DNA from: Seison nebaliae
Taxonomy: Eukaryota
Reading direction: 5' to 3'
DNA: 64,000 bases
NCBI GenBank assembly: GCA_023231475.1
Contig: JALJEE010002185.1
Coordinates: 1 to 64,000 of the forward strand
The notes under the pieces were generated by a model, which made no database searches, was not told the origin of the DNA, and saw nothing but the letters and a program-made list of their open reading frames with translations. The translations under genes were made by a program, and so were the position numbers. Shown here one piece after another: positions 27,820 to 41,432 of this stretch (positions within the stretch are counted from its first letter, which is position 1; each line of letters starts with the position of its first letter).

Positions 27820-30800
27820 TTAATCAAACACCATTCGGTCTACATTCCGATTAGTTGATGAGCTTGGTTTCATTTGTTTTTGGAAATGAGACGAGTTCTT
27901 GAATCCTGAGTATAAGGTAAAAAGTAAATGAAGTGATTCGACTCGATTATCATATATTGGAATATCTGCTAAGGCTTAAAAGAAAAAAAAATAAATTATA
28001 TTTAATCAAAATTAAAATCTAACCACAAATCATGTCAGTAAATTCTTCGGTTGAACAATTCAGATCGCCAGATGGTAATTCGATATTTTTCAGATGTTTT
28101 TCAAAATCAGCCGGCCATTCTTGCATCAGCGTTTCGACATCGGGCATAGCACTATTGACAAATAACTTTAATTGAACTTATAAAACTCTTAACTTGGAAT
28201 AGGTGACACTGTGAACTGGTTTGTCTTTTTGAATTTTTTGCAAACTCTGAATCCAATTATCGATATTTCGAGTGAGATTTGATGAATTCTCAATGCGTTT
28301 AATTGCCTAGGGAAATGAAGGAAGATTAGAAGAAAACATAATATATTTTACCGAATTCGGAGTTTTCGTGTCAAGATTACTCCTCAGTTGATATTGAAGA
28401 ATTGTTGGATCACTTTGTTTTGATGACGGTTCATCTAAGACCGTCAATCCCAATGTATCAGGTTTACCGTCAGGTCGAGGTATCTATCAACATTGATTAG
28501 ATAGAGATTGATTAATAAGGAAAAACCTTCAGAAATGCATCGATATCACCAATACATGGAATATAATCGGGAATGAACGGTTTTAATCGATAATCTAATT
28601 CGATTGTTTGTGGTGTATATCTATGGAGATTTATAGAGAGAAAATAAAATTGACCATTAGGTAGACAATTAAAAGAAGAACTTTTCAATATATTTGAATA
28701 GATTCTTTATATCATCAGGAACATCTAAATGACTGAACATATTCGCGTCATATTGTCTATAGATGAAAAAGGGAAATTATTTTTGAAGCAAAGTTGTTTA
28801 GAATAACATCGGCAATCCATCTTCTTCAGTAACTTCAACATTGTCTTGGTCATGTAGCGAGCCGTTCTCACTTAAGCCATCTTCTTCTGAAGTTTCTTCT
28901 GTTAGAATGAATGAATAATATGATAATAAAAAATACATTAGGAAATCATCTCTAAAATAAGCAATCGGTAACACAGTGGATATCAAGACAGCTTAGCGAA
29001 GTTTTTTTTAGCAATTTCAATTTTACATAAATGGAAAATAATGCACTGATAGTTGATCGGTGGGAGGTAAAACTAAACAAAGAGAAATTGAGTTAACAAA
29101 GCGGCAAATGGGTCAAACGACACTATAAAAAGAAGAATAACTAAAAGAAAATTAAATGAAAATTAATACTGGGAAGATTCAATTTTGACATATCCTGACG
29201 ATGACGCTGATGGTGAGCGGAGAATGGTCGTGGACTACGTAAAGTTGACGATACGCGAGTTCCATCACCTTTATCACCACTATCCATCTCGTCATTCTGA
29301 TTAGATGACGTGGCTGTTAAGAGAGAAATAGAAAATTTACAGAATCGTTTCACAAACGTCAACAACTCACTGTGTTAGAGAATGAAAATATTTTCCTCCT
29401 GAAGTTTCACTGTCACTGAAATTTTCAATGAGAAATTTGTATTAACCTTGTTTCCTCATTTGTTCCTCATAGAACGTGTGAGATAAAGTCACTCCTAAAT
29501 CTATGATTGAATCGAGAACATGTTATATTAAAATTCCTACAACTAATTTTGAGAGAGTGTTGAACCTACATCATTTTTAAACAAATCGGTCGTATCGATG
29601 TTTAAATTCATCAGTGATTCAACTCTATCTTTCTCTTTTTTTGGTTCAGCTATTATAGCGAATTTCTTCTCTTTATCAACTGCTTCTAAAAATTCTGCAT
29701 CACGCGATTCACGTCCCAAGATAATATCGGATTCATTTATTTTCGACATATCTGATCGTCGACTATCGTCACTTTTAATACTTCCACTTTTTTTTGCTTC
29801 CGCAAAAATATCATCATCCTCACCAAGTGCATTTGACGAATCTCTTTCTATTATCGGTGCTGTATCAATTTTATCGAACATATTATTTTCTTCTAATTTG
29901 TTGTCGTCAGTTGATTGTTGTATTAAAGTCTCTTCAGGTATTGATGGTTTTGCATCAGCAAAAATATCTTCATCTACATTAAGTAATGCTGATAATCGTC
30001 CACCTTCAGATTTTCTTTCGGGAACCACATTCGATTCAATAGTTGGACCATCAATATCTGACGTAGCATTGGGTGGTGGTGAACCGACAACATTAACGGA
30101 ATCACGAAAGATATCATCAGACATACTATGTGATTGTTCGTTATTCATTACAGAAACGTCGACATTACTTTGATGTAACACGTCGTCAAAGACGTCCTTA
30201 ATATTTGATTCGTCGAATGGAATATCTGCTTCCTGTTTTGTGATTTGTTCATCATTGGAAATTTCGTCCATTTTATTGTTCTGCAATTCATTCTCACTGT
30301 TAACTGCTTGATCAAATATATTAGACTCGAGAGCGTCTTGTGTAATATCTTCCGTCTCTTCGAAACCATTATCATCAATTTCTTTCATTGAACTTAGTAA
30401 ATCATCATTAATTACTTCATTCTGATGGTCGTAGGATTGGAGATTATCTAACGGTTTATTTGTGTCTTCACTTTGATCAAAAATATTTGGTTCATTCGTC
30501 GGTTCCATTGTGGAGATTGCATCAGCTAACATTTTTTGAGTATCTTCATTCGATCTCGATATTTGTGTAGGTGCATCAAGAAAATTATCTTTGGAATCTT
30601 TTACAGAATCAAAACCGAATTCATCATTATTTAGATTACTGATATCTTCATTATCTTGTCGATCATCGATATTGAGTTTGCTAAATTCGTCGTCTAATTG
30701 AGTAACATTTTTCATCATAGCATTATCACCAAATTCATCATTTCCTCCCATTAAATCGTTGGGATCCATTAAATCATCATTCCCCGTCGTTTCAGGAAAA

Positions 30801-33018
30801 TTCATAACGTCATTTGTGATCTCCATATTTTCTAATGGATCTTTTATATCGCTATTTTCCATCATATCAGACGATTCCATAATATCATCATTATCTCCTA
30901 TTTCCGGAATGTTCATCATATCTTCATTTTCTAACATTCCGTATTGTTCTACTACATCGGCATTCTCCATCTTCTCATCATTCCCAAGATTTTCAGATGG
31001 TTCCATTATATCGTTATTTTCCATAGTTATTTCATTATTTCCCATAATTATATCATTATTTTCCATTATCTCAGATGAATCCATTACATCATTATTTCCC
31101 ATGGTTATATCATCATTACCATCAATTCGATCGGTTGTTATTTTATTTAAATCATCATTCTTACCTAATAAATTATCATCCACCATTAATCCACTAATTG
31201 ATTTTTTTCCATTCAATTTATTTGCCGATTCACTACTCTCTAGTTGATCGATAATTCGACTGACATCATGATTCAATGTGGGATCGTCGTCGTCTGGTCG
31301 ATCAGTATCATCTAAATTTTCAAAAAAACTTTCGATATCATTGTTGTTGTTGTTGTTTCTATTCAAATTATTAAAATTACAATTAGATTGAGTTGAAATG
31401 TTGGATGGAGGTGTTGGGACACCATTTCTATGACGTTGACTACGAAGAATTCTTAATAACAATTGTTGACGATGTTGATGCATATCCAACAAATAAGTTA
31501 AATATCTCGATGAATTATTGTTGACATTCTGATTCTCCATCATATTCGTCGTCAAAGGATAAGGTACTCTGTTCGCATGAATTGGTGGACGAAGTGGAAG
31601 TTCTACATTTCTTTCACTTCCATCAAGCGACATTTGTGCTCGAACACGTGTTTGTTGAGTCATGGGAGGATAATGTTGATTTTGTTGCATTAATTGATCA
31701 CTGTTGATAAATATGTTACTAGGGACACTAGGTCGCTGACGAGAAATCGTACTAAATCCATCAATCCCATAATTCGTCGAATCATAAACGTGATCATTGT
31801 GATGATTAATGAGGAGAGAGGATGGTAATAAAGACGTATCATTATCATGATGATCGGTAGTTGATTCGATGAAGCCTCCTAATCCTGATCTTCTACTTCC
31901 TTCTTTGATGAAGTTGGAATTCTTACGAAGTTTAGCTGCTTTCGCCTTTGGCGATATTCTATTAAAACCTTTCGGTGTACTGAACAGCTGAAGATGTTTC
32001 TTACTCACCACACATGAACAGATGTCATCAATACTCATATTAAGTAAATCGTTCCATTGATGCATTCCGTCTGGTGTTCGATCCTCAAGTTTTATGGAAG
32101 GTTTAGTAGAGAACAAGTATAGATCTACATTCTTTTTACGAAACCAAAAATCTCTTGTATTTTGCACGTTCGGTGTCTTTTCATCACCATCATCGGCCTT
32201 AGGACATACCGTTTCGTTAGTCGCAGAAGATGGAAAAACTAAAATATAAATTAATCTGCTACCACAAAACCAAAGGAAGAACAACGGAATAACAACAAAA
32301 AAAACATCGAATTGTCGAAACATAAATAATTTTTTTTCGAAAAATTCTTCTATTAAATATTTTCAACTTACATTAAACTTTTTAGAATGGTCTTACCTGA
32401 ATATTGTATCACATTATCCTCATCATCTTCTAAGTCGGAGTATAGGGGCGAATCAGGAAGAAAGTCATTATCGGATCGATATTCTTGCATCTTACGTATT
32501 TTATATTCTAATAATGTTTCGTTCGTATCTCCGGCAGCAAGTCGATCTAAATTTATCGTAGGCAATAAAATGTCTTTTACCGTTAACTGATTCGAAATTT
32601 TTGGATTGGAAAATGAATGCAGAAAGCAAATAAAAAAAATAAAAGTAAAAGTCAATTTAATCTCCTTCTATCTCCTTTCTTTGACTTTACAACGAAAAAT
32701 TCTGCTTTTCCATTTCTTAAACGAATTTTCTGCATAACACTAACCCAAATCACTATCAGGATTATGTAACGGAGCTCTTGGCGTTTGTCTTTCCGTCATA
32801 ATACTAACTCCATCTTGTACCTAATATAAATCAAAAAAGGAACGAATCAGTTAAGTAAAATCATTGAATTTATTTTCAGTGATTTCAATTAGAATTTTCA
32901 ATTATTCAATAAATGAAAATATAATTAATGGTAATTAACAACATATTAAATTAACTTCAAGAACTTCATCATATGGTTTATTTTGAACGACATGATAATT
33001 ATCTTCACTATCACTCAT
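27820..33018 (-). CDS. IFT46: Intraflagellar transport protein 46 with large internal acidic/low-complexity exons
   Basis: Core YTPQTIELDYRLKPFIPDYIPCIGDIDAFLK|IPRPDGKPDTLGLTVLDEPSSKQSDPT...MPDVETLMQEWP...SLHLLFTLYSGFKNS (~27820-28900). First exon MSDSEDNYHVVQNKPYDEVLE starts at 33018, just downstream of an X-box. The 5' exon chain is inferred from phases. Confidence 0.85.
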
Positions 33019-33072
33019 TTTGCAAATTTGGAATTTCTTTTTCGGTCGTTGAAAATATAAGAATTTATATTC

Positions 33073-33086
33073 GTTACTATGGTAAC
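33073..33086. promoter_or_regulatory. RFX X-box upstream of IFT46
   Basis: GTTACTATGGTAAC, a near-perfect palindromic X-box ~55 bp upstream of the ATG at 33018. IFT genes are established RFX targets. Confidence 0.85.
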
Positions 33087-35074
33087 CAACTAATTACCAA
33101 TTTCATTATTTTTCTTACTTCACAATATATTTTGACTGACAAGCTGATTTAGTTGTCCTTATTTGAAATAAGCTTAAAATTAGGCTTTACTTTCTCGTCT
33201 TTAATTCTCTTATTTTTAAAATATGTTTTCATAAATAAATTCATTGAACATCTCACAGGCATTCATAAGATCTCAAAAAACTTAATTTAATATAAAATGA
33301 ATTTTAAATGTTTTCAAATTTATTTAATTTTTCTTCACTTAATAACGTTCAGATGAAAATGATTATGCAAATTTTCCAATAAATGAATTTTTGAAAATAA
33401 ATTATATTTGAAATGATTGAACAATTAAAACTAATAACATATTAATTGTTAGCGGTGGAAGAAAAATAACGGAGCCGTTTGACCTTGTCACAGAAGATTT
33501 TTTTTATTTTTAAATCATTCTTTTCCAGTTAAATCGATGGATGGATCATTTTTCCGATCGAGCAGTGGAATAAAAGTTCGAAATGAATTGTTTGAAATTA
33601 ATATTAAGAAAAAACGTCGTCGCCAAATCCATAGCTAAGGGAACTGAGGAAGTCAAATCATCGGGAGGTGAGAGGATTGGAGTGAAGTGGAGGAATGAGA
33701 AATATTAAAGGAAAAATCGTTTAAAATATATTTTTCATATTTCTTGAATAATGAGTCTTTAATGTGGATGGTGAGGTGGTGCAGTAATTGAATGAATTGA
33801 AATTATTCTTCAATTGTGGAATAGTGAATGAAAATGGAAAAGAATTGGAATTTTGAAGGGTAAAGAAAAACTTCGTTTATTCCGGATGATGAGGCGACAA
33901 TATAACGATACGAAATGAATGGAATGAACGACGTCGATTCCGGTTGACATGAGCAGAAGAATGAGCTTCTCTGTTTCTTGAGCGATCGAATGACAATATG
34001 CGTAACTTTTCTTATTTCTTTCATTTTTTTCCGACTTCCTAATATGAGTGTCGAAAAGAATTAAATGTGAAACAAAGACGATGTCAATTCTTGCTAATAT
34101 CATCGATCGACAATAGTCTGTTTTGATTTGTGCATATCCTTACTCTTATGAAGTCACCATCTTACACTTTAGTGTTCTTTCTTCTCTCCCTTTCAACTCT
34201 CCGTCCACTCAATTCACAATTTCTCATGATACTTTTCGTTTTTTCTCAATCCGAATTCTAATAGATAAACTTTAATTAACTTCCAATTCATTAACTTATC
34301 TTCATCGTTATTCAACATCCACATTAATCGTTATATAATGAAGAAGAGACACTGGAATAAATTGAATTTAATGTTATTGTCATTGTTTTCTCTATTTGTC
34401 GGGAGAATATTAACAATAACTGATTAGTCGTTCGGAGAAATGAATGTAAACAACTAATCTTATCGTTCTTCCTTTTCAAACAGTTATGGCTTGCTCTCTT
34501 TATTAAATTTTATTAGGTTGCCATATTAATCGTCAGTATTCATGATAATAATCATCCTACTTATTGATATTGAAGAAGTAGAACAATAATAAAGAAGCAG
34601 CAGTAAAGAAAAGCGAAAGAAATTTTATTCAACTTCTCTCAATCATCATCTCTTCGAGATGAGACGAAATGAGATGAATAGAACAAGCAATTTTCCCAAA
34701 CCATATCATCTCCCGTCCTCTCAATGAACTGAAAATAAGAACATGGAAATAACGAAAATTTCTTTGTTGTTTTTTTCCTTCAATAATTAATTCTTATTTT
34801 CAATAACTTAATCTTTCAGTACCATGTATTTCCAGTATAGCAGAATGTGCAATGGAATGATTCTATTGAATTTCTTGTTGAGTATTATCTGACGAGTTGC
34901 AGAATAAACTTTTTAAAAACAAATTTCTCTTCTCTCCCAATCATCCACCCAGAAAAGAAACAAAAAACCAACAATAGGAAACTAAACAAGAAAAAGAACA
35001 ACAAGAATAATAAGAAAACGAGAAAGAAGACTAATTAATTCGCCAAAAATTATATACATCGAACGAATAATAAA

Positions 35075-37643
35075 ATGTCAATAGGAAATTATCTTCATCT
35101 TATTTGGAACGAATTAAAGACAAAAAGTAGAGTTACGTTACCTTTTAGCTTATCCAGTAAATAACTTCTTCCGAAAACCTTAATTGTTCTTCCAATAAAG
35201 AAAAACTTTTATTAATTATTCTTTTGACTTCCATTATTAGACGATATACGGCCGCATATTACGATCAGGTCAACCGGATGCGTGGATGTACCAACAACCG
35301 GATGATGGATGCGTCTCTTTCGGTGACATGACCACTGAAGAACGCCGACGATGTCTACAATCGAAGCAGTCCGTTATTCTAACAAAGAATGAACAAGAGT
35401 CATGGTCGGATTGGTGGAAGAGAGTGAGAGAATCGAGACGACTCGTATTATTGATCGTGTTCATTGCACTCTTATTAGATAACATGTTATTGACATCGGT
35501 CGGTTAGTAAAGAAATTTTTATTTTGAAAATGAATTAAATATAATTATAGTTCCAATAATTCCTAGTTTTCTTTTGGAAATGGATGCAAAAAACATGATA
35601 ATGAATGAAACGATGAGAGAAGCGAATTTCACTAAAATTAATGTCCCTTCAATAAATTCAAGAGAACGTCGTGAAACATATGACAATAACCGACAACTTC
35701 CATATCATCAGAATGGACAATCTCCTTATGACAATAATAGACAACCTCCATATTATGATAATTATTATCCACAATATCCTATGAAAGATTATGATAGTAA
35801 CAATTATGTAGACCAGATATATCCTCCCCAACATCATCCTCGGCCTCCTTCCTTTAACCAATTCATCTATCCTCCCCAATCTAGTACGATACCTCCAACC
35901 ACCGAAGTAACAATAACCAGCACAACATCTCCAGTCGTTTCTACTGGAACATTAACCATATTTAATAGAACTAGAGAACTTGAAAATATCACTGACTTAG
36001 AAGATGCAACTTCACTCCTCAAACATGATAAGTTTGCTTATGAGAATACTCGAGTGGGTTTTATGTTTGCTGCTAAACCCGTTACACAACTCTTGGTGAA
36101 CACAGCAGTCGGTCCACTTACTAATCGGTTCTTATTTTATTAATTTATTCATATTCATATTTCTCTTCTATTAAAGCATCGGTTATACAATACCTATGTT
36201 CACTGGATTCGTCATAATGTTCTTTTCGACGCTTGGTTTTTTTTTAAAAATTTATTGAACTTTTATGTTAATTTCTTTAAAAAAAGTTTTCGCTTTCAGC
36301 AATAGTTATGTTGTGATGTTTATTGCGAGAGCATTACAAGGACTGGGTTCAGCTTGTTCAAGTGTTGCCGGTTTAGGAATGTTAGCTGACCGATATAGCG
36401 ACGACATCGAAAGAGGTAATGCAATGGGTATAGCACTTAGTGGTTTGGCTGTTGGAGTTTTAAGTTTGAATTTTTTATCCAATTAATCTTTCTATAATAT
36501 TCTTGATTGTTCGTAGTCGGTCCACCGTTTGGAGGTGTTCTTTATGAATATGTTGGTCGATCGGCTCCATTCTTAATTTTAGCTGCATTCGGTCTCTTTG
36601 ATGGATGTTCTTATGATTTTCTTAAGATTCTGTATATATTTTATTCTCTCATGATTTTTTAGTATTACAATTATTGGTACTGAAACCGAAAATTTCAAGA
36701 GAACCGAAAAAAGGAGCTTCTCTGCGCACCTTATTGTGCGATCCATATATTCTGATTTCAGCATTATCCATCACCATAGGCAATATGGGAATCGGAATGA
36801 TGGAGCCATCCTTACCAATTTGGATGATTGAGACGATGCATTCAAGAAAAGTGGCTCAAGGTATGGCATTTATGCCAGCCAGTTTATCTTATCTCGTCGG
36901 TACAACCTTATTCGGTACAATTTCTCATAAAATTGGCAGGTTTTTCTTATTTGATTCAGATTCTTGTCATAATACATTGTCCGTCAGATGGAGATGTTGT
37001 TTGATTGGACTTTGTATGGCCGGAATATGTTTAATAATCGTTCCATTCGCCCGAAATATTTATCATCTAATAGTACCAAATGCCGGTTTAGGTTTAGCTA
37101 TTGGAATGGTCGATAGCTCAGTAATGCCAATGATGGCACATTTGGTCGATATTCGACATGTGGCCGTTTATGGCAGTGTATATGCTATCACTGATGTTGC
37201 ATTCTGCCTAAGCTTTTTCTGTGGTTTAATTCATTTTTTCAATAAACTGTTTAATAATTTCCATTATAAATAGGATCGGTTCTTTCAGGAATAGTGGTGA
37301 AAGCTATCGGCTTCCCATGGATGTTGAGAATAATGGGATTAATCAGCATTTGCTATGCGCCACTAATGCTCAAATTAAGAGATCCGCCTCATAAAGTCAC
37401 AAATGAGAATGATGTTTAAACGAATTTCTTGTTTAATAAAATTTATTAATTTATTTTTTAAAGATTCTGTTAGCGAATAATAATAACATCTCCACCGAAT
37501 ACCCGTCGACTGATGAGAAGACGAATGACACAGAATATTCGGCACCAATATCGCCGTACAATCCACCTTTGGAACAGAATTTACAAGATGTTTATCCACA
37601 ATCATATCAAAATGTCAAATCAATAAATGAAATATCTTATTGA
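35075..37643 (+). CDS. VMAT: Vesicular monoamine transporter (SLC18A1/2-like); ~10 exons
   Basis: [30 protein letters not shown] (VMAT-type, not the VAChT LDNMLYM), [52 protein letters not shown]. First exon 35075-35131 is inferred. Confidence 0.93.
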
Positions 37644-39368
37644 TAATTTCCCAGTTAAATGAGAAAGAAATTGGTAACACTAGTCAAATTTTCTATTTAC
37701 AGAATTTTTTTCCATTCGTCTTATTTTTTCTTTTTTCATCGTTTTCTTATTTGTCTGTTTTGGTTTAATTCTCCCTAAGAAATTGTTCTGTTTCTTAATA
37801 AAAAAATTTTAAGTTAGTTCGTTTAATTCGCTTCTAACTACATCGGCAATTAGTATCCATAGTCAATTTCATATGTACTTCTTTCATCCAGCAATCTTAT
37901 AAATAACGGTAATTTACTGTCAGTAAATTGTCGATAATTAGAATTATCAATTTCTTGACATAGTCATAAATAATGAGATTATATCATGAAATTGTTGCCG
38001 ATTATCGACATGATTCTCAGTATAAAAAACGGTTTGACTAATGATAATGTTGAATGGAGAATTAATATCGAAAGAAAATTTCATTTAATTGTGATAATAT
38101 AATTAGATATGGAGGTATGAAAATTATCATATATATCATATAACAAGTATTGTCCTCTTCATGAGACAGACAGTAGGGCAGATGTATGTATGAGAAAATA
38201 TAATACTGAATAGAGTTGACATAAAAAGAGATGTAGAGTGGGAGCCATTTGCAAAGTTACGTAATTAATAAAATTTCGCTTCTTTTTTCCATTGTAAGAA
38301 TAGGAAAATTTTATTATTGCTCATTTTTTTTTCAAAAATTTAGTTAGATATATTTTGTTTTTATTCACAAGAACTTGTGGAAGATGATTTATTCGGAGGA
38401 GATTTCTTATTTTCATCATTGTTTATGTAATGAGAAAAAATCTAATTTTTCACTTCTTATTTACTATTTGTACGAAGAAATAGTTGAAGGGAAAATGTGA
38501 TATTCTCTTTATATAATAAATAATCATAACGCGATATAAATTTTCTGTATAAATACAGATTGTCAAACGGAGAAGTTTTCAATTGAAATTAGTTCAACTT
38601 ATTTGACTGTCTAATCGAATGAACGTCAACAATGATCAACAAAATTGAGAAAACATTTCAAAAGTATATGGTAACTATATTCAATTTTCGAATAGTCAAC
38701 CATATAATTTATGAACTAACTTATGAGAATATGAGTGTTGTAGGTAGAGCAATTGCTTCTCATTAAAAACCTATATATTTTATTAATTTCCTATATATAA
38801 TATATATAATAAATTATATAATTATAGTTATATAATATAATGTTAGGTAAGTTCCATGTTTCAATGGGATTGTTTCTCGTCCGAATGTGCTGCCAATGAC
38901 AATATTTGTATGAATGTGAGAGAATAAATATATTTTTAATCAGAGGAAGTTTTCTAATACCTGATAAGTTCTTCTTACAAAAAGTTGTTAGGAAGATTAA
39001 ATCATATATTAACATGATTCGGAAAATTAAACATTTCTCACATTTTCTTGGAGAAAATTTTAATTTTTACAGGCAATTAATGTTGATTAATTCTCTATTG
39101 AATGTCATTGTAAGTTTCCTTTTTCTAATTTCGTTGTTCATCCTTCCTGAAATTTTACCGTCATATTAAATCAGATTTGATCGTGTGACTTGCCGATTGG
39201 GAGTTCGATTGTAAATTCAATGTGTCCATGAGTGAAAGAAAGAACGATTTGTGCAAACTTCAATTATAGATGTTGACAGAAGTAAATTTGGAGGAAGAGA
39301 TTTATAATTAAACTATTAGAATACTCCATTAATTCAGTCGAAAGAATTCAAAAACATTTTCTGTCAAA

Positions 39369-41275
39369 ATGGAGGAAATATATTCGAGGAAAATCGCGTT
39401 TATCTTCATCTTCAACTTAATCGTCGGTACCGGCGCCCTTGCAATGCCCTTTAGTTTCAATAATGCGGGATGGCTCCTTAGTCTATTCGTTCTTATCATA
39501 TTAGCGTTTTTCAGGTTTTTTTCAAATTTCATCAAATAATTTCCACCAATTCTTTTCAGTTTATTTACGGCTTCACTTTTCATAGAAGCAATGAGTTTGT
39601 TCAATTATATTCATATCAATGTGAGAAAGAAGAAGCACGATGGTTCCCATACCAATATTTATATTTAATTTCTATTAATTAATCTCTCATCTTAAAACAG
39701 ATCACCCAGTTAGTCAAGATGATCATTTTATTCAAAAGAAAATCGAATTTTCTGATATGGCCAAAACAAGTCTGTCAACTTTAGGTAATTGCCTGTATTA
39801 TCTGACAATAATTTTATATCTTTACGGAGATTTGGCAATTTATGCTGCTGTCATTCCAAAAACACTCAGAGACGTTTCATGGTTGAATTTTAAAAATAAT
39901 TTTGATTTTTTCATTCTGTTTCCCATTCAGTACATATTATCCTGAGACGAACATTTCACATAAATATCGAAACCAAACAAAATTGCCAGATGGATGCAAT
40001 GCGAAAACGAAAGAATTAGAGGAAACTCTTCCTTGTTGGTTGGTGTCGGATAAGAATTCATTTACTTCGTATATGACGTCATTCAATCGATGGCATGTCT
40101 ATCGATTATATGTTATTGTGTTGATATTATTATTATTTCCATTTTGTTGTATGAACTTGTCGAAAACAAAATATTTACAAATAACAACATTATTAACGAG
40201 ATGGATTGGTTTCTTATTAATGATAACGATCGCTATCTACAATTTGAAGGGAAAGAGTCATGATAAACCAAAAAGTACTATATCTCATAAACAGTTCAAT
40301 TTGGATCAACTTCCAACATTAATTGGAACAATCATTTATTCGTTCATGTGCCACCATTCTCTACCAAGCATCATTACACCAATTCCATCATATGAACAAC
40401 ATAAAATTTTTAGGATGCTCCTACTTGATTATGTTTTAATCGCATCCTTTTATGCTCTTCTCTCCTACACCGCAATTTTCTCTTTCTCTCATATTTTCGA
40501 TGTTTATACTTTGAATTTCCGACCGAACTTCTGTAGTATCGCTGATTCCAATATTTCCATGAATAATTTCCCTTATATTATTCCAATCGGCTATTTCATC
40601 GCCTTATTCCCGGTATTCACTCTCTCTACAACTTTCCCAATTATCGCCATCACATTGAGGAATAATTTGAGAACTCTATTTTCTACAATTCTCACTCAGA
40701 AATCTTCACGAAATAATCGAGTTTCAGGAGGACCAGGATCTCCTTCTCATAATGTCAATGAAGGATTCACATCATCCAATGCTGATTTGACAACTTCTCT
40801 TTTGACAACTACTTCGGATGAAGACGAACTTCTTATTAAACGTTTTGACAGTTTCACAAAACCGTCGTTCAAAGAACAATTTTATTTCGCAATTCTCACC
40901 GTTGTACCACCGTTCATTATCGTTTTCCTCACCAGTAACATTAGTTCACTTATAGGTTAGTCACTTATAGTTCATACAAATCATTGAAATTTGAATTTTT
41001 AAAAAATCTTTAAATATTAAGGAATTACCGGTTCATACGCAGGTGTAATAATTCAATATGTTTGGCCTGTAGTGTTTTTGAAGAGGGCGAGGAGCATCGT
41101 TTCTGAAACGAATGCCGACGCAGAGAAAACCAGTGGGGGACTACAGTCATTCTTTACAAAATCTTTATTCAAACATGAATTCAAATCTTATCCTTTTTGG
41201 TTTTTATTGCCACTGGTATGGGCAGTCATTTGTATCATAATTGTAACGATTTCACATATTTCTTCATTTTTCTAG
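39369..41275 (+). CDS. TMEM104: TMEM104 (SLC38-like amino acid transporter family); 5 exons
   Basis: FIFIFNLIVGTGALAMP, YLYGDLAIYAAVIPKTL, KTKYLQITT, YSFMCHHSLPSIITPI, LFPVFTLSTTFPIIAITLRNNL, G|ITGSYAGVIIQY. Confidence 0.93.
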
Positions 41276-41432
41276 AAAAATAAAACAGAAAAAGGAAAAA
41301 TTTTTTTTGGAAAATTTTCTTGTTTTTTTTCATTTCTTTAATTGTTTACTGTTGATTTGCAACAGTAAAACAGTAAAATAAGCGAGAGCTGTTGTTGTTG
41401 TTATTGTTGTTGATTTACTGTTCATCATTCAG

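Noticed and set aside
33100..35040. Short ORFs (33803-34103, 34847-35038) upstream of VMAT
   Set aside because: Low-complexity or random-looking translations with no splice-consistent model.
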